A stretch of DNA of 53,416 nucleotides from Thermotogota bacterium (GTDB lineage Bacteria; Thermotogota; Thermotogae; Petrotogales; Petrotogaceae): contig JBNJGY010000008.1 of the NCBI GenBank assembly GCA_051748045.1, positions 1-53,416 of the forward strand, written 5' to 3'. The position numbers and the translations under genes are program-made. The notes beneath the pieces are model-generated. The model was not told the DNA's origin, made no database searches, and saw nothing but the letters and a program-made list of their open reading frames with translations. Shown piece by piece: positions 46,515 through 53,416 of the stretch (position 1 is the stretch's first letter; each line of letters opens with the position of its first letter).

Positions 46515-49301
46515 TTACATGTTTAAAATTTCTATTAATTCTTCTTTAGATATTTTATTCATAATATTTTTATCTATATATTCATCATACAAAGATTTTT
46601 TCTTATCTTTCAATTTGAGTATTTTTTCTTCAATTGAATTTTTAGTAATTAGTTTATACACAACAACATTTCTTTTTTGACCTATCCTATGAACTCTATC
46701 TGTAGCTTGGTTTTCAACAGCTGGATTCCACCACGGATCAAAATGTATGACATAGTCTGCACCAGTTATATTTAAGCCCACTCCAGCTGCTTTTAAACTC
46801 AAAAGAAGAACTTTTTTGTCTTCATTTTCATTAAATTTTTTAATTATTTGAGTTCTATTTTTACTAATTCCATATATATAAGAGTACTCAATGTTTTTTT
46901 CATCTAGCAGTTCTTTTATAATATCAAGCATGGCTACAAATTGAGAAAAAATAACAACTTTGTGATCGGTATCATATATATCTTCCATAAACTCTTTTAT
47001 AAATTCAACTTTTCCTGATAAATATTTATAATTGTTAAATACTAATCTTGGATGATTAGATATCTGTCTAAGTCTAAGAAGGCCTTCAAGAATAGAAAAT
47101 GATTCGACTTCTTCTTTTTCAAATCTTGATTTTATTTCTGATAACATCTTTCTATATAGTTTTTCTTGTTCTTCTGTCATATCTAAAAAGATATTTTCTT
47201 CTGTCTTCTCTGGAAGGTCATTTAATACATCTTCTTTTTTCCTTCTTAAAACAAAAGGTTTGATCATTTTTAAATATTTTTCTTTTTTATCTTCTTCATT
47301 TATTTCTGATATAAACTTAGATTTATTGGGTAAGTACCCAGGCAAAATAAATTCAAAGATACTATGCAAATCAGCTAAAGAATTTTCAAGTGGTGTACCG
47401 GATAAGGCAATTTTTATTTTACCTTCTAATTTTTTGACAACTCTTGAAGTTTTTGTCCATGAATTTTTTATAACTTGTGCTTCATCTATAATAATGTAAT
47501 CATAATTTTCTTTTTGTAATTGTTTTGAGTTCAATACATTTCCATAACTAGAAATAATTATGTTTTCTCTCAAAATATTATTTGTATTATATACTTGGTA
47601 TTTCAAATAAGAGAATTTTTCTATTTCATCTGCCCAATTATAAACCAAAGATTTTGGACATAAAATCAAAACTTTTTCTTCTTTTGAAATAACATTTGAT
47701 AAAAAAGCTATTATTTGAACTGTTTTTCCTAATCCCATGTCATCAGCAAGAATACCTGACAAGTTATTATCATCCAAAAATCTCAAAAATTTATATCCTT
47801 CATACTGATAATTTCTCAACTCTCCATTAAAACTATGCAATTCATAATCTTTAATATTCTTAATTTCTTTAAGGTCTTGTAAGTAGTCATATGCTTCGCC
47901 TTCTATTATCTCCGAATTTTTCACTAAATCAGAAAACTTAAGATCTTTTTGATAATACAGTTTTTCAGCAATTTCTCTTATATTATCAGGTATTTCAACT
48001 AAATCACCATTTTTAAACACTATATATTTACCGTTTTCAATTTGTTCAATATAATCTAAAACATTATTAAACCCAAAGAATAATTCTCCAGTAAAATAAT
48101 TATCATTTTTATAGGTGTTTAATGTAAAATCTGGTTTTTTTACTATATTTATATTTTTGGAAAACCTTACTTCAATATTGAATTTATTTAATTTTTCAAT
48201 ATTATCTAAAAATTTTATAAATTCATCGGGGTTTAGATATATCTCCCCATTTTTATTAAGTTTTAATTTTATATTATCTTTTAAATCATCAAATTTTTTA
48301 ATGATATTTTTAGAAAATGATTTATTTTCAATCTCTTTTATAGTATATTCTGAATTACCAACTTTTACTTTCAAAATTAACTTAAATCCATCTATGAGTT
48401 TATATACATACAAAATAAATTTATTTTTATTTATCAAAAAACTAATTTCTTCATCATTAGTTTTCATTTTTATTCCTTTATTAAGAATATTATCTGTATA
48501 TTTTTCTAAAAAGTTTACAAGGTCATTTTTTTCTAAAATAATATCTTCTAAATTACTAATATCAAAAAAATCTTCTAAATTAACAATTCTAACAAAGCCC
48601 TCTGAATCTTGTATGGCTAAGTCTGTCTCTGAATAAAAAAAATCAATCATTTGATATTCATTAAACCCATCTGTATAAGCCCATTTTAATAAATAATAAT
48701 CTTCAAACTTGTCAATATACAAATTAAGATTTATGTTTTCTGCAAACGATAACCTACTTTGATCTTCGAAAAAAACCTCTATATCTTTTTCTTTTAATAT
48801 TTCTAAAGATCGTAACATATATCCATTTTCACTTTCGAAACCAAGCAAATGATTTAAATCTTTATAATAATATGGATTATTCTTTATTTTATTGATTTTA
48901 TTTGAATCAATAAATATTTCATGGTTCAAATTTTTTAAAAATAACTTACCTATTTCTTCTAATTTTGAATAATCTTCTTCAAATAACTCATTATAATCTT
49001 TAAAGGTTTGTTTTTTATTTGATTTCATATTCAATAATGCCGCTGCAAAATGTTCACAAACACCAATACCATTTGATTGGTAATCACATTCACACTGAAA
49101 ATCATAATCATATATACTAGAAATAAAGGCTTTCAACTGAAAGCCTTCTATTTTAGAATTTATTATTAAATTATTTTTATTTTCCTCATAGTCAATATAT
49201 TCAATATTATTTTCTTTTAATAACTGTAGAGCTTTTTCATAATTGGCGTCGCTTGCTTCATTTAATATAGAATTAGCAATTATATCAAACTTGTTATTCA
49301 T
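46515..49301 (-). CDS. SWIM zinc finger + SNF2-family ATPase
   Basis: CEC...CEH (SWIM), ILADDMGLGKT, IIDEAQ, SGTPLEN, WWNPAVENQATDRVHRIGQ. Confidence 0.93.
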   Translation of the reverse strand: MNNKFDIIANSILNEASDANYEKALQLLKENNIEYIDYEENKNNLIINSKIEGFQLKAFISSIYDYDFQCECDYQSNGIGVCEHFAAALLNMKSNKKQTFKDYNELFEEDYSKLEEIGKLFLKNLNHEIFIDSNKINKIKNNPYYYKDLNHLLGFESENGYMLRSLEILKEKDIEVFFEDQSRLSFAENINLNLYIDKFEDYYLLKWAYTDGFNEYQMIDFFYSETDLAIQDSEGFVRIVNLEDFFDISNLEDIILEKNDLVNFLEKYTDNILNKGIKMKTNDEEISFLINKNKFILYVYKLIDGFKLILKVKVGNSEYTIKEIENKSFSKNIIKKFDDLKDNIKLKLNKNGEIYLNPDEFIKFLDNIEKLNKFNIEVRFSKNINIVKKPDFTLNTYKNDNYFTGELFFGFNNVLDYIEQIENGKYIVFKNGDLVEIPDNIREIAEKLYYQKDLKFSDLVKNSEIIEGEAYDYLQDLKEIKNIKDYELHSFNGELRNYQYEGYKFLRFLDDNNLSGILADDMGLGKTVQIIAFLSNVISKEEKVLILCPKSLVYNWADEIEKFSYLKYQVYNTNNILRENIIISSYGNVLNSKQLQKENYDYIIIDEAQVIKNSWTKTSRVVKKLEGKIKIALSGTPLENSLADLHSIFEFILPGYLPNKSKFISEINEEDKKEKYLKMIKPFVLRRKKEDVLNDLPEKTEENIFLDMTEEQEKLYRKMLSEIKSRFEKEEVESFSILEGLLRLRQISNHPRLVFNNYKYLSGKVEFIKEFMEDIYDTDHKVVIFSQFVAMLDIIKELLDEKNIEYSYIYGISKNRTQIIKKFNENEDKKVLLLSLKAAGVGLNITGADYVIHFDPWWNPAVENQATDRVHRIGQKRNVVVYKLITKNSIEEKILKLKDKKKSLYDEYIDKNIMNKISKEELIEILNM

Positions 49302-50748
49302 CTTGATTCATTCCAGTATATTCTTCTATATTAACTATTAGTTCTTCAATATTTTCGACTAAAGGCTCTTTTAATTCTTTCAACTCTTCTAAATTAGATA
49401 TAATGATTGAATAACTATCTGATTCTTTATCTATTTCTCTTTTTTTTAAATATTCAAATATTTTTTCATAGAAAAATAAATAAGTAGAATCTATATCATT
49501 AGAAAATTTTTCACGTATAACTTCATGAAAAAAATCATAATCTTTATCGATAATTATATTCAAGATATCATTTTTTTCATTTTGAATTTGATTCAAATCA
49601 TCCTTGAAATCATTCAGATATGAAATATAATCATCCTGAGAAGAAATCTCACTGTTTTTATAAATAAAATTCTTATAATTATTAATATAAGACGTCAAAG
49701 TAGAATTTGTTGATTCTTCAGTGATCTTCTGTAATTGAGAATAATTCTTTAAAAAATACTCTTCAGGTAGATTTTTGTTTAACTCATTCAAATTCTCATA
49801 TTCTTTATTGTATAATTCTTCTAAATTATCAAGGATATTATAATAAGATAAATACCAAAATTCTGGGATATTCTCTTCACTAAAAATAATTTCAGTATAA
49901 AATTTTTTCAATTCTTGTAATTCTTCAGTATTTTGTAACTGTATACTATTAATTCTATCCTCTACTTTCAAAGGTTTATAAACTAAAATAAAGTCAAAAT
50001 TATTTGGGTAAGTCTTTTCCCATTGAGCTAATATATGTTTTTCATATTCTTCCACTATATCGTCTTTTATATCATATTTTAAAAATAACATAGGATCAAT
50101 AATTTCTTTTATTGTAAATATAGAATTTTCTTTATAATAAACAGATAAATTGTCTATATTAATTGTTTCAAATCCAGAGAAATTATTCAAATCATCTTGA
50201 TCAAAAACAACATATTTTTTAATAGCTTCGCTATTTTTTAAAGTTTTTTCTATCAAATCTGTAGTAATGGTGCTGGATTCTGTTATTTCATATTTTTTCA
50301 CTTCAAAAACATCATAATTTTTTTTAATTTCTTCTTTGTTAGATTCTATATAACTTTCCAAGCTATTCTCTTTTTTTAATTCTTTAAGTAATAACTGATT
50401 TTGTTCTTCTTTGTAATTAACCATACCATTGATATTTTCTATGGATATATTTGGAGTAGCTTCAATGGAAATACCTTTATCATCTAAATATTTTTCATTT
50501 ATTTCTAATTCTATTAATTCTGAAATAGAGTCATACATTATACTAGGCTGTTTAAAAAATAAATCCATAACATTATCATTATTAATTTTAGTAATTAATT
50601 TATAATAAGTCATTCCATAAGATTCTTCTGATTTAACAGAATAATTTTCTAAAATTTTTCCATTTTTAGTAGTTAAAATTGCCACATCTTCGCTTAAAAC
50701 CGTAACCCCTATAATAAGAATAAATATAAAAAACATGAGATTCTTCAT
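49294..50748 (-). CDS. Secreted helical protein, probable degenerate paralogue of the foldase at 34462
   Basis: Signal peptide; SD GGAGG; collinear similarity to 34462..36516 by eye (ORF track start 50775). Confidence 0.6.
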   Translation of the reverse strand: MKNLMFFIFILIIGVTVLSEDVAILTTKNGKILENYSVKSEESYGMTYYKLITKINNDNVMDLFFKQPSIMYDSISELIELEINEKYLDDKGISIEATPNISIENINGMVNYKEEQNQLLLKELKKENSLESYIESNKEEIKKNYDVFEVKKYEITESSTITTDLIEKTLKNSEAIKKYVVFDQDDLNNFSGFETINIDNLSVYYKENSIFTIKEIIDPMLFLKYDIKDDIVEEYEKHILAQWEKTYPNNFDFILVYKPLKVEDRINSIQLQNTEELQELKKFYTEIIFSEENIPEFWYLSYYNILDNLEELYNKEYENLNELNKNLPEEYFLKNYSQLQKITEESTNSTLTSYINNYKNFIYKNSEISSQDDYISYLNDFKDDLNQIQNEKNDILNIIIDKDYDFFHEVIREKFSNDIDSTYLFFYEKIFEYLKKREIDKESDSYSIIISNLEELKELKEPLVENIEELIVNIEEYTGMNQDE

Positions 50749-50870
50749 TAGAATCCTCCTTAATTTAATAATCAAATTAATTGTATCATATATTTTTTTA
50801 CATTAAATCACTTTAGGTAAATATTAATCAAACATTTTCATAAAAATTGACTAATGTATCATCTATAAAC

Positions 50871-50899
50871 TTGATTTAATTAAAATATTATGATATAAT
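50871..50899 (+). promoter_or_regulatory. Sigma70 promoter of rimP-nusA
   Basis: TTGATT-17nt-TATAAT with TG extension. Confidence 0.8.
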
Positions 50900-50928
50900 T
50901 TCTGAGAAATTGAAGAGAAAAATATAAG

Positions 50929-50952
50929 TTCGAGGGCCTAACCGCCCTCGAA
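50929..50952 (+). promoter_or_regulatory. rimP leader hairpin
   Basis: ttcgagggc-ctaacc-gccctcgaa in the 5' UTR; such leader hairpins are conserved upstream of rimP-nusA. Confidence 0.65.
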
Positions 50953-50976
50953 ATTTGTTATAAAGGAGGAAACGAC

Positions 50977-51444
50977 ATGAGTGAAACATTCAGAGAAAAG
51001 GTAATTAAAAAATCAGATGAATTAGCAAAAAAACTAGGTTTAGAATTATTTGAATTGAATATATCAGGACCAAAAAGAAAAAAGAATATAGAGATTACTA
51101 TAGATCATCCTAAAGAAAGTGTATCAATAGAAATGTGTGAAAAATTTTCAAGAGAAATCGAGCCATGGTTCGATAAAATAGATGTACCTTTCAACAGCTA
51201 TAATTTAATAGTTAGTTCTCCTGGTATAGACAGGCCTTTAAGAGATGTAAAAGATTATAAAAGATTTAAAAACAAATTAGCTAAATTTATACTGGGAGAA
51301 AGAGTACAAAATAGGACTGTCTTCATAGGTCATATAAAAGACGCAGACGAAGAAAAGGTTACTATCCATGAAAGAGACTCAAAGAAAGATTTTGAAATAC
51401 CAGTAAATAGTATTAAAAAAGCAAATCTAGAAATTGATTTATAA
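50977..51444 (+). CDS. rimP: Ribosome maturation factor RimP
   Basis: CEKFSR, YNLIVSSPGIDRPL, IKKANL. Confidence 0.93.
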   Translation: MSETFREKVIKKSDELAKKLGLELFELNISGPKRKKNIEITIDHPKESVSIEMCEKFSREIEPWFDKIDVPFNSYNLIVSSPGIDRPLRDVKDYKRFKNKLAKFILGERVQNRTVFIGHIKDADEEKVTIHERDSKKDFEIPVNSIKKANLEIDL

Positions 51445-51456
51445 GGTGGTGGAGAT

Positions 51457-52485
51457 ATGAACATAAACTTATTGGAAGCATTAGACACATTTGAGAAAGA
51501 AAAAGGAATAAGCAGAGATATACTCGTTGATATTATTCAAAAGTCAATAAAAAGTGCATATAAAAAAAATTATGGAACAAAAAATGTTGAAGTTGAAATG
51601 GATGATAAGCTTTCAAAATTCAATGTTTATCAAGTTTGGAATGTAGTAGAAAATGTTGAAGATGAACATGAAGAATTATCCTTAGAAGAAGCTAAAAAAA
51701 TTGACCATAAAGCAAAAATTGGTGGACAAATTAAGAAAAAAATAAATTTAAAAAAAGATTTTAAAAGAATAGCAGCTCAAACAGCAAAACAAGTTATTCT
51801 TCAAAATATAAAAGAACTAGAGAAAAAAGCTTTATTCGATAAATATGTATCATTAAAAGATAAAATAACAAATGCAGAAGTTATACAAGTTAATCCTAAT
51901 TTCGCTGAAATAAGAATTGGAAAATTAGAAACGAAATTACCTGAAAAAGAAATGATTCCTGGAGAAGATATGGAAGCTGGGGATTTAATAAAAGTTCATG
52001 TGAAAGACATTCAACAAACAACTAAAGGTCCAAAAATAATGGTTACAAGAGTAACAAACGAATTAGTAGAAGATCTTTTGAAATCAATTGTTCCTGAAAT
52101 AGAAGAAGGCATTGTAGAAATAGTAAAAATTTACAGAGAACCTGGAGTTAGAACAAAAGTTGCTGTAAAGAGTAATGATCCAGATGTAGACGCTGTTGGG
52201 GCATGTATTGGTGAAAACAGTATGAGAATAAATGAATTAATATCAGAATTAAAAGTAGAGAAAGTAGATATAATAAGTTATTCAGAAAACCCTGAACAGT
52301 TTATAAAGAATGCTTTAGCTCCAGCTGAAGTAAAAAAAATTATAATAAATGAAGAAGACAACCATGCAACTGTATATGTTCCAGAAACTCAATTTTCTCT
52401 AGCAATTGGTAAAGGCGGACAAACTGCAAGAACTGCTGCAAAAATTACTGGGTGGAAAATTGATATTCATACTGTAGAAGAATAA
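51457..52485 (+). CDS. nusA: Transcription termination/antitermination factor NusA
   Basis: RIAAQTAKQVI, REPGVRTKVAV, VGACIG, SLAIGKGGQ, TGWKIDI. Confidence 0.96.
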   Translation: MNINLLEALDTFEKEKGISRDILVDIIQKSIKSAYKKNYGTKNVEVEMDDKLSKFNVYQVWNVVENVEDEHEELSLEEAKKIDHKAKIGGQIKKKINLKKDFKRIAAQTAKQVILQNIKELEKKALFDKYVSLKDKITNAEVIQVNPNFAEIRIGKLETKLPEKEMIPGEDMEAGDLIKVHVKDIQQTTKGPKIMVTRVTNELVEDLLKSIVPEIEEGIVEIVKIYREPGVRTKVAVKSNDPDVDAVGACIGENSMRINELISELKVEKVDIISYSENPEQFIKNALAPAEVKKIIINEEDNHATVYVPETQFSLAIGKGGQTARTAAKITGWKIDIHTVEE

Positions 52486-52533
52486 ATACAGTTTTAAAAT
52501 ATTTTAATATTATATACATCCAATATATATAAT

Positions 52534-52549
52534 GAAGTGATATCATTTC
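52534..52549. promoter_or_regulatory. Imperfect palindrome adjacent to the -10 of the Fur-family gene (possible autoregulatory site)
   Basis: GAAGTGAT|ATCATTTC directly after TATAAT (52528-52533). Confidence 0.4.
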
Positions 52550-52597
52550 TTGAGAATATATATTTAGCTTAACGAATTAATTGTAGGAGGGACATTT

Positions 52598-53050
52598 ATG
52601 ACCCAAGAAGATATTTTAAAGACTACTCTCAAGAATAGAAAACAGAGAATGACAGCTCAAAGAGAACTTATATTGAAAACTTTTATGGAATCAAATGGAA
52701 AAATAATGAGTGTTGATGAAGTTTTTAAAGAAATTAAAAACAAAAGAACTCAAAGAACTAGCAAAATGACAGTTAAAAGAGCTATAGACTTGTTAGTAGA
52801 TCTAGGATTATTAAGAGAAATAAATTTCCACAATCTAGAAACAAAATATGAATTTATAAGAAAAGAAGAAGAACAAGAAGCAGTCATGGTATGTTTAAGA
52901 TGTAATAAAGCAAAAAATATTAATATCAAAAAAAGTAAGTTGATGGAAATCATAGAAGAAGATGTAGATGATTTTAAAATCAAAAACATATCTTTAAAGA
53001 TAACAGGTTACTGTGATAAATGCTTAAATGACAATATAAAAGAAGATTGA
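52598..53050 (+). CDS. Fur-family transcriptional regulator (atypical)
   Basis: RMTAQRELIL, SKMTVKRAIDLLVDLGLL, KYE, CLRC and GYCDKC. Confidence 0.85.
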   Translation: MTQEDILKTTLKNRKQRMTAQRELILKTFMESNGKIMSVDEVFKEIKNKRTQRTSKMTVKRAIDLLVDLGLLREINFHNLETKYEFIRKEEEQEAVMVCLRCNKAKNINIKKSKLMEIIEEDVDDFKIKNISLKITGYCDKCLNDNIKED

Positions 53051-53072
53051 CCTTAGTCAATCTTCTTTTTTT
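53040..53072. terminator. Bidirectional terminator
   Basis: aagaagattgac-ctta-gtcaatcttctt followed by a T-run. Confidence 0.8.
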
Positions 53073-53283
53073 ATTCTTTTTTGTTTTTATTTCTTTTATT
53101 TAAAATAGACGTTAGTAATCCAACAATATATCCACCAATAGTAGTAATTAAAAGTAAAACAATAAGCGATATTTCTCCTTTAAACCATAGAAAACTTGTT
53201 TGCACCTTGTTAGTATTTTGTACTATTAACAAAAACAATAAAACACTAACTATGATAATAATAGTTAATTTAAATTTCTTCAT
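53071..53283 (-). CDS. LapA / DUF1049-like small membrane protein
   Basis: Two TM segments around LIVQNTNKVQTSFLWF; basic tail; SD AGGGGGTG. Confidence 0.8.
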   Translation of the reverse strand: MKKFKLTIIIIVSVLLFLLIVQNTNKVQTSFLWFKGEISLIVLLLITTIGGYIVGLLTSILNKRNKNKKE

Positions 53284-53416
53284 TTTAACACCCCCTGATA
53301 TTTAATTATATCAAAAGTAGAAATTGTTTCATAATTTCTGTTTTGAAATGCCAGTTATTAGTAAAAAACATTGTTAAATAATTATACACTTTGTCATTTC
53401 GACTAAGCGACAGCGC

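Noticed and set aside
46515-49301. SNF2 ATPase as part of an anti-phage system (DISARM/Zorya-like)
   Set aside because: SWIM-SNF2 architecture is the common stand-alone type; no methylase, nuclease, PLD or other defence partner nearby

Overview
AT-rich bacterial core-genome window whose gene set and order point to Thermotogota, probably a Petrotogaceae-like lineage (inference). Supporting signs are the giant MalG, stand-alone carboxyltransferase, ThrRS-fused uridine kinase, skp-lptB-gltX operon and porCDAB. Contents in order: partial rlmD; a large secreted beta-propeller protein; TPR and VanZ proteins; tgt; sufCBDSU; an outer-membrane beta-barrel plus VWA lipoprotein pair; rpoD; feoA-feoC-like-feoB; an aminotransferase/hydroxyacid dehydrogenase pair; ferredoxin; minD/minE; an envelope operon (skp, lptB, LOG, gltX, LysM L,D-transpeptidase, radical SAM); a GH57 branching enzyme with porCDAB; a PrsA/SurA-type foldase; malEFG; pycB/oadA; queT under a preQ1-I riboswitch; a SWIM-SNF2 ATPase; rimP-nusA; a Fur-family regulator; a LapA-like protein. 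Seven tRNA genes are present: Gln x2, Trp, Pro, Gly, Arg, His. No prophage, IS, integrase, CRISPR array or recognisable defence island is visible. The best candidates for new biology are: (1) an unannotated ~83-nt C-rich small RNA with its own promoter and terminator just upstream of the glycogen/POR genes; (2) an unannotated 29-aa membrane peptide with its own RBS; (3) a Fur homologue that has lost the usual His metal ligands; (4) a PPIase-dead paralogue of the foldase heading an operon with SNF2 and a riboswitch-gated queT; (5) several operator-like palindromes (Rrf2/IscR-like at suf, DtxR-like at feo, LacI-like at mal). All calls were made by eye, without database searches. Several starts were adjusted from the ORF track using Shine-Dalgarno (SD) position.
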